Assembly: GCA_035503915.1 (NCBI GenBank)
Contig: DATJSU010000053.1
Coordinates: 69,327 to 133,326, forward strand
Direction of reading: 5' to 3'
Length of the DNA stretch: 64,000 nucleotides
From: Acidimicrobiales bacterium
GTDB taxonomy: Bacteria; Actinomycetota; Acidimicrobiia; Acidimicrobiales; Palsa-688
Shown: positions 31,410 to 42,605 of the stretch, piece after piece
How the letters are laid out: the number at the start of each line of letters is the position of its first letter
Position numbering within the stretch: the stretch's first letter is position 1
Program-made: the position numbers and the translations under genes
The notes under the pieces: model-generated
Told to the model about the DNA's origin: nothing
Database searches by the model: none
The model's input: only the letters and a program-made list of their open reading frames with translations

Positions 31410-32606
31410 GGCCGGCCCGCCCGTGGGGGGTGCCGGCGGTGCAGGCGGGGAGGGCTGGGAAGGAGCCGTAAGCGGCGCCGGCTGAGCGAGAGGCCCGGGG
31501 GTGGCGCCGACGCCCATAGGCAGGAGCCCGGCACCATTTGTGCCGCGCCGCACCATGTCGAGGATGGACGTCGCCTGCGCGGCGAGGCCCGCCACCAGCT
31601 CGCCGAGGCCCTCTGCGCCGTTCAGGATCGTCACGTTGGCCTGGCGCAGCTCGCTCGCTGCTGCCGAAAGTATGTCCGGCATCCTCTCTACGAGCATCCT
31701 CTCCAGGACTACGCCGTTTGAAGTGGCGGTCGCCTCGGCTTGCAGCTTGGTCGCGTCCGCTTGCGCCTTGGCGAGGGTGAGGACCTTTTCGGCCTCGGCC
31801 TCGGCCGGGCGGACCACCTCGGCGACGAGCTGCTGGCGGCGCAGTTCGGCTTGCGCTTGGGCGACCTTGGCCTGCTCGGCGAGGACGTCTTGTTGAGCTT
31901 TAGCTTGGGCAAGGGGGCCGGCTTGGGACGCGGTTTGCTGCGCCTGGTCTATTTGGGCTTGGTACTGGGCTTTGGCGACCGAGGTTTCTTGCTGGTACTC
32001 GGCCTGGTTGCGCTCCGATTCCTGGCGGACCTTGGACGCGGCTTGGTCGGCCTGAGCCTGAGCGATCTGAGCCAATTGGTTGACGGCAGCGATGTGAGGT
32101 TGCGACATCGCGCGTATGTAGCCTGCCTGGCCGTCGTCGATCGACTCGATCTGGAAAGAGTCGACAACGAGGCCGAGCTTGGCCATTTCAGGCTTCGAAG
32201 CGTCGAGCACTTCCGACGCGAGCTTTTGGCGCTCGCGAATTATGTCCTCAACTGTCATTGAGCCCACTATTGAGCGGAGGTGGCCCGCGAATATGCGGCC
32301 GACGAGCTCGGGCATCGAACGTTGGTCGTCGAGGAACCGGCGGCCGGCATTTGCGATGGACTCGGCGTCGTCGCCGACCTTGAACGCGATGACCGCTTTT
32401 ACCTGCAAAGTGATGCCTTGTTGAGTCACGCAAGGCTCGCCGACTTCGGCTTCTTGCATGGCCAAAGTGAGGAAGTAAATCTTGTTCCTGATGGGCAGGG
32501 CGAACGCGCCGTGCCCTACGACTATCCGGAAAGCCGAGTCGCCTTTATTTTTGGAGCCTGATATCAACATTGCCTCGTTTGGCGAGGGGACGTACCACCC
32601 GAGCAT
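31395..32606 (-). CDS. Flotillin-like SPFH/band-7 protein
   Basis: N-terminal SPFH domain followed by a long Ala/Gln-rich coiled coil and a Pro-rich tail. Its 3' end overlaps the menE 3' end convergently by ~15 nt. Confidence 0.8.
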   Translation of the reverse strand: MLGWYVPSPNEAMLISGSKNKGDSAFRIVVGHGAFALPIRNKIYFLTLAMQEAEVGEPCVTQQGITLQVKAVIAFKVGDDAESIANAGRRFLDDQRSMPELVGRIFAGHLRSIVGSMTVEDIIRERQKLASEVLDASKPEMAKLGLVVDSFQIESIDDGQAGYIRAMSQPHIAAVNQLAQIAQAQADQAASKVRQESERNQAEYQQETSVAKAQYQAQIDQAQQTASQAGPLAQAKAQQDVLAEQAKVAQAQAELRRQQLVAEVVRPAEAEAEKVLTLAKAQADATKLQAEATATSNGVVLERMLVERMPDILSAAASELRQANVTILNGAEGLGELVAGLAAQATSILDMVRRGTNGAGLLPMGVGATPGPLAQPAPLTAPSQPSPPAPPAPPTGGPASRRS

Positions 32607-32655
32607 TACGCTGCCTTTCTCTTAGGGAGCCGTTCAGGACGCGGCCGCGGGCTAG

Positions 32656-32871
32656 TCATATCTGGGTGACGACGACCATGCGAGCCCCTCGGTCGTCGAC
32701 CACGACGACCTGGGCGCCTGCATCGACGTGCTGGTCAGCGAAGGCTATGAAGGCCTCCGAGCCGCCGCGGACTCGGAGGACCACCTCCCCCGCCTTGTCG
32801 CCACCTGGGATGGCCACGGTGACGTGGGCAGTCCTGCCCACCAAGACCTCGCTCTCGTCCAGCCCCATCAC
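32656..32871 (-). CDS. Short NfeD-like OB-fold protein (flotillin-associated)
   Basis: 71 aa beta-rich protein (GRTAHVTVAIPGGDKAGEVVLRVRGGSEAF) immediately upstream of the flotillin gene, as in NfeD-flotillin pairs. Confidence 0.5.
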   Translation of the reverse strand: MMGLDESEVLVGRTAHVTVAIPGGDKAGEVVLRVRGGSEAFIAFADQHVDAGAQVVVVDDRGARMVVVTQI

Positions 32872-32908
32872 ACTCGAACCTTAGGGTACTTGAGGAGCGA
32901 CTTGCCCC

Positions 32909-35011
32909 GTGAGCCGACCAGAAAGGGCACTTAGCCCCTGCCCTGGCTACATTGGCCCGGTGCCGCAACCGAACCGGTTGGCAGCTGAAGCGAGCCCGTA
33001 CCTCCGACAGCACGCCTTCAACCCCGTCGACTGGTGGGCTTGGAGCGAAGGCGCCTTCGCTGAGGCGCGCCGGCGCGACTTCCCGGTGCTCATCTCGATC
33101 GGCTATGCGGCCTGCCACTGGTGCCACGTCATGGCGCACGAAACCTTCGAAGACGAAGCGGTGGCCAAGGTCCTCAATGATCACTTCGTCTCTGTGAAAG
33201 TCGACCGAGAGGAGCGCCCGGACGTGGACGCGGTCTACATGGAGGCGGTCCAACTGCTAAGCGGCGCCGGCGGTTGGCCGATGACAGTGCTCGCCACCCC
33301 TGACGGGCGGCCGTTCTGGGCCGGCACGTACTTGCCAAAGGTGAATTTCTTGAGGCTCCTTGCCCAGGTTTGCGACCTATGGGACAGCAGGCGGGAAAGC
33401 TTGGAACAAGACGCAGACCGGTTGTCCGCAGCTGTGCGCGCTGGCGCATCGTTAGGCTCTTCCGCAATGGGCGCTCCTGCCCTGGCGGAGGCTCCGGTTG
33501 AGCCGGCCCCCGACTTGCTCGGGCCAGCGGCGGACAGCCTCCTCTCCCGGCAAGACCCCGAGTGGGGAGGCTTTGCGGGCGCACCCAAGTTCCCCCAGCC
33601 ATGCGCTCTCGAGGCTCTCGCCCGCCACTGGTGGCGCTCGGGGGACGAAGGGGCGCTCTGCGCCTTTCGCAAGGCCCTCGACGCCATGAGCTCGGGCGGG
33701 ATCTACGACCACCTCGGAGGCGGATTTGCGCGCTACAGCACGGACCGTTTCTGGCTCGTCCCCCACTTCGAGAAGATGCTCAACGACAACGCGCTCCTCA
33801 TTCGGGTGTACACGCATGCTTGGCAGCTGACGGGTGAGCGGCGCTACCGCCAGGTGGTGGAAGAAACGGCGGGTTACCTGCTCGCCCCGCCGATGAGGTT
33901 GCCCGAGGGGGCGTGGGCGTCGGCGGAAGACGCTGACAGCGAGGGCGAAGAGGGGCGCTTTTACACCTGGTCTCGTGCGGAGCTCGAGTCTGTCGCAGGG
34001 AGCGAGGTCGCCGACTGGTACGGCGCCACCGACGTGGGCAACTGGGAAGGAAAGAACATTCTCTGGCGCCCGAGGCTCGGAGCCCTTGAACGGCCACCGC
34101 CGGTCGAAGATGGCCGCCGGCTCCTGCTGGAGCGGCGCTCCCTGCGGCCCCGCCCTGGCCTCGACTCCAAAGTCTTGACCGAGTGGAACGCGATGGCCAT
34201 TTCGGCTCTCGCCCTCGCGGGACGAGCATTCGACCGCCCTCGATGGGTGGACGCCGCCGCGACGACGGCTGCCGTACTGATCGCGCAACTACGGCGGGGA
34301 GACGGGCGATGGCTCCGGTCTTGGAACCCTCGTGCAGCGGGGCCCCTTGGCGGCCTGCCGGGAGGCACCGGCCAAAGACACCTCGCGTTCTCGGGGGATT
34401 ACGCCTGGCTCGTGGAGGCGTTTACGAGGCTCGCCGAGGCGACGGGGGCGCGACGGTGGGTAGAAGCCGCGATCGAGGCGGCCGATGCCTTGGTAGATCT
34501 GTTTTGGAGCCCCGAGGAGGGCGCGTTCTTCACTTATGGCAACGACGGGGAAGTTCTCATTGCCCGCATGAAGGACGTCTATGACGGGGCGGTCCCATCC
34601 GCGAACGCTGTCGCTGCAGGCGCATTGGCTCGCCTCGGTGAGCTCACGGGTGCCACAAGGTTCCTCGATCGTGCCCGCGCGGTGGTGCGGGTGTTTGCGC
34701 CGGCCTTGGCCCGAGCACCCTCGACCTTCCCCGCGATGGCCCTCGTAGCCGATTACCTCAGCCACCCAAGAAGAGAAGTGGTCGTGGCCTCCATTGAGCC
34801 AGCCGACGTCGAGCCCGTTTGGGAGCGCTACTTGCCTGACACGGTCCTCGCTTGGGGGGAACCATATCCCTCGCCGCTCTGGGAGGGCAGAGGGGGCCCC
34901 GCCAACGCCGGCTTGTCCTTTGTTTGCGAGGGTTTTTCTTGCAATTTGCCCACCGCCGGCCGAGAAGCCTTGGCGGGGGCCCTTGGCCGGCGAGGCAACT
35001 TTGAGAGCTAG
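32909..35011 (+). CDS. Thioredoxin-domain protein, DUF255/YyaL family (N-terminal thioredoxin-like plus six-hairpin glycosidase-like domain)
   Basis: [19 protein letters not shown]...[11 protein letters not shown] signature; ~680 aa. The start may be internal to the ORF track call. Confidence 0.8.
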   Translation: MSRPERALSPCPGYIGPVPQPNRLAAEASPYLRQHAFNPVDWWAWSEGAFAEARRRDFPVLISIGYAACHWCHVMAHETFEDEAVAKVLNDHFVSVKVDREERPDVDAVYMEAVQLLSGAGGWPMTVLATPDGRPFWAGTYLPKVNFLRLLAQVCDLWDSRRESLEQDADRLSAAVRAGASLGSSAMGAPALAEAPVEPAPDLLGPAADSLLSRQDPEWGGFAGAPKFPQPCALEALARHWWRSGDEGALCAFRKALDAMSSGGIYDHLGGGFARYSTDRFWLVPHFEKMLNDNALLIRVYTHAWQLTGERRYRQVVEETAGYLLAPPMRLPEGAWASAEDADSEGEEGRFYTWSRAELESVAGSEVADWYGATDVGNWEGKNILWRPRLGALERPPPVEDGRRLLLERRSLRPRPGLDSKVLTEWNAMAISALALAGRAFDRPRWVDAAATTAAVLIAQLRRGDGRWLRSWNPRAAGPLGGLPGGTGQRHLAFSGDYAWLVEAFTRLAEATGARRWVEAAIEAADALVDLFWSPEEGAFFTYGNDGEVLIARMKDVYDGAVPSANAVAAGALARLGELTGATRFLDRARAVVRVFAPALARAPSTFPAMALVADYLSHPRREVVVASIEPADVEPVWERYLPDTVLAWGEPYPSPLWEGRGGPANAGLSFVCEGFSCNLPTAGREALAGALGRRGNFES

Positions 35012-35059
35012 TAACACCCCCTTCGCGGTCCCGGCACCCGTAAGGGTCCACCTATCTCC

Positions 35060-35746
35060 TTGCGCCATGCGACAACATTGTTGCTGGTGCTTACTCTTAC
35101 AGGCCTGCGAGCGCCGGAGCGGGCTTTGCCACGGCTGCTAGACGCCCCGGGCACGACCCTGGAATTGATGGTCGTCTCCACCGGCCAGTGTCACTGCGCG
35201 GGCATTGACCTCGCGTCGGGAGCCCTCGTGCGCGCCTGGTCTCAGCAAGAAGTTGACAGCCGGCTGCGCCCCTACGACGTGGTGAAGGTGACCATTGGAG
35301 GTGACGCCGAAGTCGTGCCCGACCCGGCCGAGCCAGAAGCAGTGGTTGTCTCGGGCCAACCCGCGCTAGTCGACCGGCTGCGCGGGCGCAAGGCTATCCG
35401 CCTGATCCGGCCGCTGCTCCATCCCGAACGTTCCCCGCTCCTTGGCTTCACGGGCGCGACGGTCCCTTTCTGGCAGCGGAGCGCAGACCACCCTTCGGTT
35501 ACTATCGCCTCGCCCTTGGGCCCCCTCGTCGTCACCCGCGAGAACCGCGGCCTGTGGTGCCACTTCCTCTGGGACGGACGGCCCCAGGTGCTCGCCTGCG
35601 GCGACCCACGCCTCGCCGCCAGCATGGCCCGCATGCGCGTTGACCAAGTCGACCTCCGGCCCGGGACCTTCATGGTGGTTGCCCTCGAGCCACCCGTCGA
35701 GGGCCAGTGCCACAAAGTAGTAGAGTCCCTCGTCCCGCGCCGGTAG
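35060..35746 (+). CDS. Hypothetical protein with possible N-terminal signal peptide
   Basis: 228 aa ORF with a hydrophobic N-terminus (MRHATTLLLVLTLTGLRA). No recognisable domain. Confidence 0.4.
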   Translation: MRHATTLLLVLTLTGLRAPERALPRLLDAPGTTLELMVVSTGQCHCAGIDLASGALVRAWSQQEVDSRLRPYDVVKVTIGGDAEVVPDPAEPEAVVVSGQPALVDRLRGRKAIRLIRPLLHPERSPLLGFTGATVPFWQRSADHPSVTIASPLGPLVVTRENRGLWCHFLWDGRPQVLACGDPRLAASMARMRVDQVDLRPGTFMVVALEPPVEGQCHKVVESLVPRR

Positions 35747-35787
35747 CGGGGACGAGAGGCCCAACAGGAAAGGCCCCCCTTGACGCC

Positions 35788-37551
35788 CTAGGCTGGCATC
35801 TCCACCTCGACCGCTGCGTCATCCTTGGCGGGCGCTGCCACGCGTGGGGCTTGGTAAAAGTACTGTTTGCCCAGCATTGCTGAGCAGCAGGCGGCAGCGA
35901 GGCAGCAGGCGACAGCGAAGTCAAGGGCCTCGTGGAGCCCGCTACCAAACGGGCCGGCCAACAACTTCGGGAAAAAGGACCGCCCGGTTAGGAAGGCAGC
36001 CTGGGCCGGTGTGAGATGAGCCAGCACGCCTGTCGGGCCGAGCAACTTCTCGACCGGGTTGTAGCCCAGGAAAGCTGCGAAAACTGAAGAGGTCGGCGGC
36101 AAGTTTGCCACCCGGTGCGCTGACGCCGCCGGGACTCCGTGGCTAATGAGCCCATGATAAAGGGTGCTCGGCAGCTCGGCAGAAAGTCCCACGATGATAA
36201 GGGTGAAAAAGATCCCGATGGAGAGGACCATTGCAGAGTTTTGCGTGGTCGCGCCCATGCCCGAACCCTGCCCTCTATGTTGCGGCGGCAGCGAGCTCAT
36301 GACAGCGGAGCGATTGGGTGAGGCAAAGAGGCCCATCGAGAGGCCGTTGGCGAATATGAGCAAACCAAACCAGATGTAGGAGAAATCGATCGGCAACAGC
36401 TCCAGCAGGCCGAAGCTGGCAGCGGCGGCAAGCATGCCACCCGTGGCGAACGGGCGGGCCCCGAAATGGTCGGACAGGTACCCAGAAAGCGGCCCCGCCA
36501 CGAGGAAGCCCGCTGTGAGCGGGAGCATGAAGATGCCGGCCCACAGCGGCGTCCTGTCAAAGCTGTAGCCATGCGCGGGCAGCCAGATCCCCTGGAGCCA
36601 GACGATCAAGATAAACATGAGGCCACCACGGCCGAGGGCCGCCATGAGGCTCGCCAAGTTGCCGGCGGTGAACGCTCGGATCTTGAACAGCGAAATGCGG
36701 AACATGGGAGCGGCCACCTTCATCTCGATAAACACGAAAAGGGTGAGCGTCCCAGCTCCTCCGATAAGCGCGGCCAGGACCCACGGGTTGGTCCACCCCA
36801 TGGTGTGCCCGCCGTAGGGCTCGATGCCATAGACAATGCCGACCAGGACCGCGATCAGCCCCACGGCGAAAGTGGCGTTGCCCAGCCAGTCGATCTTTGC
36901 CGGCGTCCTGATGCCCTTATCTTTCAAGTTGATCATTCCCCACACCGTCCCGAGGACGCCCACGGGGACCGACACCCAGAACACCAACCGCCAATCGATG
37001 GGGGCGAGGACGCCACCGAGGACGAGGCCAATGAACGAACCGGCGATGGCAGCCACCTGGTTGACGCCGAGCGCCAAACCCCTCTGGTGGGCAGGGAACG
37101 CGTCGGTGAGGATGGCACCAGTGTTGGCCATGATGAAGGCGCCACCGACGCCCTGAAAGACCCTCATAACGATCATAAAAATGACCGCTGAGCGCCCGTG
37201 CATCCAGGTGACAGACAGCAGGATCGAAAAGACCGTGAATATGGCAAAGCCCATGTTGTACATGCGGGCCCGGCCAAAGATGTCACCTAGCCTGCCGAAA
37301 CTGACCACCAGGACCGCCGTGACGAGCATGTAACCCATCAGCATCCAGAGGAAATAACTGGTGTTCCCCGGCGTGAGGGGGTCGAGGCGGATGCCGTTGA
37401 AAATGTCGGGAAGGGAGATCAAGACGATCGAAGCGTCGATCGTGGCCATCAGCATCCCGAGAGTTGTGTTGGACAGCGTCGACCACTTGCCTTTGTACGG
37501 GCCCGCAGTAACGTGGCCGTTGCCAGTGACAGAGGCCACTGCCGCCGTCAT
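35788..37551 (-). CDS. MFS transporter, DHA2 (EmrB/QacA) family, 14 transmembrane segments
   Basis: MFS motifs (GRLGDIFGR) and ~14 predicted hydrophobic helices. Confidence 0.85.
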   Translation of the reverse strand: MTAAVASVTGNGHVTAGPYKGKWSTLSNTTLGMLMATIDASIVLISLPDIFNGIRLDPLTPGNTSYFLWMLMGYMLVTAVLVVSFGRLGDIFGRARMYNMGFAIFTVFSILLSVTWMHGRSAVIFMIVMRVFQGVGGAFIMANTGAILTDAFPAHQRGLALGVNQVAAIAGSFIGLVLGGVLAPIDWRLVFWVSVPVGVLGTVWGMINLKDKGIRTPAKIDWLGNATFAVGLIAVLVGIVYGIEPYGGHTMGWTNPWVLAALIGGAGTLTLFVFIEMKVAAPMFRISLFKIRAFTAGNLASLMAALGRGGLMFILIVWLQGIWLPAHGYSFDRTPLWAGIFMLPLTAGFLVAGPLSGYLSDHFGARPFATGGMLAAAASFGLLELLPIDFSYIWFGLLIFANGLSMGLFASPNRSAVMSSLPPQHRGQGSGMGATTQNSAMVLSIGIFFTLIIVGLSAELPSTLYHGLISHGVPAASAHRVANLPPTSSVFAAFLGYNPVEKLLGPTGVLAHLTPAQAAFLTGRSFFPKLLAGPFGSGLHEALDFAVACCLAAACCSAMLGKQYFYQAPRVAAPAKDDAAVEVEMPA

Positions 37552-37714
37552 TGCTCACCGTCCCTCGGGCTCACGACGCCCGCCGGCGCACCGGGGGTTG
37601 CCTCAACCTCGTTGACCACGTCAGGTACGACGTTACCTCTGCTACAGAGCTAACCCCGGCGAATTTCTTTACGTTGCAGCTAACCTCGGCGCAAGGTAGG
37701 GAGGTAGCTGACCG

Positions 37715-38068
37715 ATGGCTGAACTTGACCGCGACGGCCCGGACCTGGTGGTCCGTCTCAGCACTCTGGAGAAGGCGGAGGCGGCGCACGGTGACGTCCG
37801 TGTACCTATGTCCACGGTGCGCAATATCGAGATCGTCGACGACGCTGTGCACGCCGTCAACGCCTTCACGAAAACGATCGGGGCATCATGGCCCGGGCGT
37901 TTCGTGATCGGGACGTTCCGCTCGGACGGCAAGGTTTTCGCCGTCGTCCACCACAGCACTCCTCGCGGGGTGAAAGTAACGCTGGAAGGGGCCAACTTTG
38001 ACGAGCTGCTGGTCGGTTGCAACGACCCCGAAGCAACCGTTCGTCACCTCGGCGCCGAGGGGTCTTAG
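37715..38068 (+). CDS. Hypothetical protein
   Basis: 117 aa ORF with GC-skewed third-codon positions and no recognised motif. Its 3' end overlaps the next gene convergently by 4 nt. Confidence 0.4.
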   Translation: MAELDRDGPDLVVRLSTLEKAEAAHGDVRVPMSTVRNIEIVDDAVHAVNAFTKTIGASWPGRFVIGTFRSDGKVFAVVHHSTPRGVKVTLEGANFDELLVGCNDPEATVRHLGAEGS

Positions 38069-38736
38069 GAGCGGAAGCCGGCGGCGAGCTCCTCAGACAT
38101 CGCCCAGCCGAAGGCGATGAGGACGTCGCGCTTGTCTAGGTCGAGGCACCCCATGAGCTCGACGATCTGGCCATCGACTTCGGCAACGTCCTCAGCCTCG
38201 TAGTCGAAGACAGGGCTCGCTGAGCCGTCGCCCCTGACGACGAAAGTGCGGTCGTCAACGCGACCTTCAGCGCCAAAGCGCTTGGCGAGGCGCCGGGACC
38301 AAGCTCGCTCCTCGCCCGAAGGCTTGTAGCCGGGCCGCGGGCAGATTTCTTCGAGCCCGCTGAAGGCCACAAAACCGCCTGGTTCGCGAACTCGGGTCGC
38401 CACGAGGACATCCTCGTCTGGAAAGGCCAAGACCGCTTTGCGGAACTGGTCCGCGCGGAGAGCGTCGAGAATGGCTTCGCGCTCGGGCACACGCTTCACC
38501 GAGACAAGGCCCCAGAGGACACAGGGAGTGCCGCCAATGCGCTCCAAAGTGCAGAAGGAGAACCCAAGCAGGTACCCCTCGGCGCGAACCTGGGTGACCA
38601 GGACCCACTCGTCCCGCTGCTTGGAGAGCAGGCCGATGTCGAGCCCCGCAGGCCCGTCGGTAACGATGTCGGCCATCTCGGCCAGCTCACCATCGGAAAG
38701 CGCAGTGCAGTCCTTGGTCTCGACATCAAACGTCAT
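38065..38736 (-). CDS. Hypothetical protein
   Basis: 223 aa ORF upstream of dnaE1 on the same strand; no recognised motif. Confidence 0.45.
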   Translation of the reverse strand: MTFDVETKDCTALSDGELAEMADIVTDGPAGLDIGLLSKQRDEWVLVTQVRAEGYLLGFSFCTLERIGGTPCVLWGLVSVKRVPEREAILDALRADQFRKAVLAFPDEDVLVATRVREPGGFVAFSGLEEICPRPGYKPSGEERAWSRRLAKRFGAEGRVDDRTFVVRGDGSASPVFDYEAEDVAEVDGQIVELMGCLDLDKRDVLIAFGWAMSEELAAGFRS

Positions 38737-38787
38737 GTCGGTTGATCACTCCTCACTCGCTGGCCGCCCAACAGGCCACCTTAAAGA

Positions 38788-41700
38788 TTAGCCCGTAGAC
38801 GGGGCTCCGTTCCACAAACAGGCAGGTCCAAGTAGTACCCGCAACTCAGCAAGCAGGCCGGGAGTGGTGTAGACGTTGAACTCGGGGGGCAGGCGGATGA
38901 CCTTGCCCCCGACATGCAGGTGCACCGGTGAGGTGCCTGGGTGCTCCTTTAGGAGCTCCTTAAGGCGGGCGACCCGGGTGTCGTCGACGGCGTTGACCGG
39001 CAACACGACACGGAGAGGGTCGGCACCGCTGAGGGTGAGCTGCGGGCGCTTCAGTTCCGAGCAGACAAGCTTGGGCACCTCGTCGCGGAGGTCCAGACGG
39101 CCTCGCACGCAGACCACGGCGTCGTCGGCCAGCAGGTAGCCGACCTCGGTCATCGTCCGCGGGAAAACAAAGACCTCGATCGATGACTCCAGATCTTCGA
39201 GAACGAAAGTCGCCATCAGCTCACCACGCTTGGTGTACTTGCGTGAGAGCCCTGTGATGACACCGGCCACCCACCGGTCGGCGAAATTGCCGGGGCCGCC
39301 GGCATAGGCCCCTACCCCACCGCCCGCCGGTGCCGGGCTGGCACCTCCAGCTTCGCGGTTGGCATCTTCCCGCAGGTCAAGGATGGTGCAGTCGGCATGC
39401 CGGCGCAGAGCGGCCTCGGCGCCGACGAGGGGGTGGTCGCTGACGTAGAGGCCGAGCATCTCCTTTTCGAACGCGAGCTTGGTGTGCTTGTCGAACTCCT
39501 GTTCGGGGACCGGGACTTTGGAGTCGTCGAACAGGTCGCCCCCTCCCCCCGGGTCGGCGAAGAGGCTGAGCACTCCCTGGTCGGCCTCTCGCCTGCGAGC
39601 CAGCGTGCGCTCGACTACCTGCTCGAAGATCAGGCAGAGGCCCTGCCGGGGATGCCCAAGGCAGTCAAAAGCGCCCGCTTTGACAAGCGACTCGACAGTC
39701 CTCTTGTTGAGCACGACAGGGTCCACCCTGTTACAAAAATCATAAAAGTCACTGAAAGGCCCCGCAGTCTCTCTCTCGCTTACGATCCGCTCGACGAGGC
39801 CCTCCCCTACATTGCGAATTGCCGAGAGCCCAAAGGGGATGACCCCGCGGCTCGTGCTTGTTCCGTCCGAGCCCGGCGCCGGGCGCACGGCCGTGAAGTC
39901 CGAAGTCGAAAGGTTTATGTCCGGCACGAGGACCTCGATCCCCATGACCCTGCACTCGGCCAGGTAGACCGCCATCCGGTCCTTGTCGTCTTTGACGCTC
40001 GTAAGCAAGCAGGCCATGTACTCGACTGGGTGGTTGGCTTTGAGCCACGCTGTCCAATAAGCGACCAGGCCGTAGCCATAGGCGTGGCTCTTGCCGAAGG
40101 CGTAGTCAGCGAACGGCTCAATGAGGTCGAAGATCGCAGTGCCGATGGCCGCCCCGTAACCGGTCTTCTCACACCCGGCGACGAACTTTTCCCGCTCTTT
40201 TGCCATTATCTCACGGACTTTTTTGCCTGCAGCCTTGCGCAGGGTCTCCGCTTCGCCGAGAGAGTAGCCCGCGAAGCGTTGCGCCACCCGCAACATCGAC
40301 TCCTGGTAGATCATCAGCCCGTAAGTGTCGCTCAGAACTTCCGCCATGTCGGGGTGGAGGGACGTCACCGGCTTGCGCCCGTTTTTGCGGTCGGCGTAAT
40401 CGAAATGCATGTTGGCAGCCATCGGCCCCGGCCTGTAAAGAGCAACGAGCGCCGCCACGTCGCCGAGGTTGGTCGGCGCCAAGGCTCGCACTAGAGCGCG
40501 CATGTTGGCGCCTTCGAGTTGGAAAACGCCTACCGTGTCGCCCCTCTGCAGCAACTCGTAAGTAGCCAGGTCGTCGAGGGGGAGGTCGTCGATGTTCGGT
40601 CGAGCGCCGATGTTCACCTCGATCATGTCCAAGGTCCTCTCGATCACCGAGAGGTTACGCAGCCCGAGAAAGTCCATCTTGAGCAGGCCAAGCTCCTCGA
40701 CAGCGTGCATTTCGTACTGGGTCACGATCGGCGCGTCCTCGGGCCGGCCGCCGGGCTCGGGTTTGCGCTGGACGGGGAGGTGCTCGGTGAGGGGGTCACC
40801 GGAGATCACGACCGCCGCAGCGTGGATCCCGTCCTGGCGACGGAGCCCTTCGAGGCCCATGGCGACGTCGACCACGCGCTTTACGTCTGGGTCCGCGGCG
40901 TACATATCGCGAAGCTCCGAGGCAACTTTGTAACCGTCAGAGTGCTTTGGGTCATCCCGGAAGCACGCCCAAAGCGGGGTGTCCCGGCCCATGACTAGCG
41001 GAGGCATGGCCTTGGCAACCCGGTCGCCGAGGCCATAGGGGTACCCGAGCACCCTGGCGGCATCGCGCACTGCCGCTCGCGCCTTGATCGTGGAGAAAGT
41101 CACGATCTGCGCTACATGGTCCCAACCCCAGCGCTCCGAGGCGTAGCGGATCATCTCGGCGCGGTAACGCTCGTCGAAGTCCATGTCTATGTCCGGCATC
41201 TGGGTGCGCCCGGGGTTGAGGAACCTCTCGAAGAGCAAGTCGTAACGGATGGGGTCGAGGTCGACGATCCGCAAGCAATAAGCGACGCAGCACCCGGCTG
41301 CGCTCCCGCGCCCGGGCCCAACGCGGATCTTGTTGTCGCGAGCGTGGCGGATGAGGTCCCAACAAACAAGGAAATAATCTGAAAAACCCATGGAAGCTAT
41401 CACGCCAAGCTCGTAATCGAGGCGCTCGGCGACATTGCCCGGCAGCGGGCTCCCATAGCGCTCCGTGGCTCCCAGCACGGTCAGGTGCCGGAGGTACTCG
41501 TCCGAGGTCGCGAACCCATCGGGCAATGGGAAGGACGGGAGCTTGGGCTTGCCGAGCTCGATGTTCACGTCTGCCCGCTCGGCCACCCACAAGGTGTTGT
41601 CGCAGGCCTCGGGCAGCTCCGAGAAGAGAGCACGCATCTCGGCTGCAGTTTTGAGGTAGTGCTCTGAGCCCTCGAAGCGGAACCTCTTTGGGTCGTCCAT

Positions 41701-42429
41701 GTTGGAGCCCGTCTGCACGCACAAAAGGGCGTCGTGCGCCAGGTGGTCCTCCCGGGTCGTGTAGTGGCTGTCGTTCGTCGCCATGAGCGGGGCGTTTAGC
41801 CGCCGGGCGATGTCGACGAGCTGCGGGTTGGTCTTACGCTGTTTTTCGATCCCGTGGTCCTGCAGCTCGACGAAGAGGTTGTCGCGCCCAAAAATCTCCT
41901 GCAAACGAGCCGTCGTTTGTGTCGCCTGCTCCACATCGCCACGCAACAAGGCCTGGTTGACCAAGCCGCCAAGGCAGCCCGTAGTGGCGATCACGCCTTC
42001 GTGGTAGCGCTCGAGGAGCTCCCAGTCGGTGCGGGGCTTGTAGAAATACCCCGACAGGTAGGCCTCGGAGGACAACTTGAGGAGGTTTTTGTAACCACGG
42101 TTGTCCTCTGCGAGCAGAGTCAAGTGGTAGTAAAGCTTCTCGCCCTCCTCGGCATCGCCGCCCGTGTCGTCCAGACGGCCGCGCCGCAGCGGGCGCTCGA
42201 AGCGGCTCTCTCCCGCCTGGTAGGCCTCTATGCCGATTATCGGTTTTAGGCCTTTGGCCTTGGCCGCTTTGTAGAAATCCAAAGCCCCGTACATATTGCC
42301 GTGGTCGGTAATGGCTATCGCTTGCTGCCCGTCGGCAGCAGCGCGCTCCACGACTTCATGAACTCTCGCCGCGCCGTCGAGCATCGAGAACTCCGTGTGG
42401 AGGTGCAGGTGCACGAACTGCTCGCCCAT
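38788..42429 (-). CDS. dnaE: DNA polymerase III alpha subunit DnaE1
   Basis: N-terminal PHP domain (HLHLHTEFSMLDGA), polymerase core and OB-fold; 1213 aa. Confidence 0.95.
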   Translation of the reverse strand: MGEQFVHLHLHTEFSMLDGAARVHEVVERAAADGQQAIAITDHGNMYGALDFYKAAKAKGLKPIIGIEAYQAGESRFERPLRRGRLDDTGGDAEEGEKLYYHLTLLAEDNRGYKNLLKLSSEAYLSGYFYKPRTDWELLERYHEGVIATTGCLGGLVNQALLRGDVEQATQTTARLQEIFGRDNLFVELQDHGIEKQRKTNPQLVDIARRLNAPLMATNDSHYTTREDHLAHDALLCVQTGSNMDDPKRFRFEGSEHYLKTAAEMRALFSELPEACDNTLWVAERADVNIELGKPKLPSFPLPDGFATSDEYLRHLTVLGATERYGSPLPGNVAERLDYELGVIASMGFSDYFLVCWDLIRHARDNKIRVGPGRGSAAGCCVAYCLRIVDLDPIRYDLLFERFLNPGRTQMPDIDMDFDERYRAEMIRYASERWGWDHVAQIVTFSTIKARAAVRDAARVLGYPYGLGDRVAKAMPPLVMGRDTPLWACFRDDPKHSDGYKVASELRDMYAADPDVKRVVDVAMGLEGLRRQDGIHAAAVVISGDPLTEHLPVQRKPEPGGRPEDAPIVTQYEMHAVEELGLLKMDFLGLRNLSVIERTLDMIEVNIGARPNIDDLPLDDLATYELLQRGDTVGVFQLEGANMRALVRALAPTNLGDVAALVALYRPGPMAANMHFDYADRKNGRKPVTSLHPDMAEVLSDTYGLMIYQESMLRVAQRFAGYSLGEAETLRKAAGKKVREIMAKEREKFVAGCEKTGYGAAIGTAIFDLIEPFADYAFGKSHAYGYGLVAYWTAWLKANHPVEYMACLLTSVKDDKDRMAVYLAECRVMGIEVLVPDINLSTSDFTAVRPAPGSDGTSTSRGVIPFGLSAIRNVGEGLVERIVSERETAGPFSDFYDFCNRVDPVVLNKRTVESLVKAGAFDCLGHPRQGLCLIFEQVVERTLARRREADQGVLSLFADPGGGGDLFDDSKVPVPEQEFDKHTKLAFEKEMLGLYVSDHPLVGAEAALRRHADCTILDLREDANREAGGASPAPAGGGVGAYAGGPGNFADRWVAGVITGLSRKYTKRGELMATFVLEDLESSIEVFVFPRTMTEVGYLLADDAVVCVRGRLDLRDEVPKLVCSELKRPQLTLSGADPLRVVLPVNAVDDTRVARLKELLKEHPGTSPVHLHVGGKVIRLPPEFNVYTTPGLLAELRVLLGPACLWNGAPSTG

Positions 42430-42605
42430 CTGCTGGTTGGACCTCCTTCCCAGCGCCTCGGCGCCCGCCGCTCCCGCAGACCTGTGGTAAAGCTGTGGAC
42501 AATTACACCCATGTTGTTTTGAGCGAATCTAGCGCGCCCCAAGGACGCTTACCAAGGGCGGCTCCCAGGGAGAGCCCCCAGGATGGCGACTGAGCTCGAC
42601 TGAGC

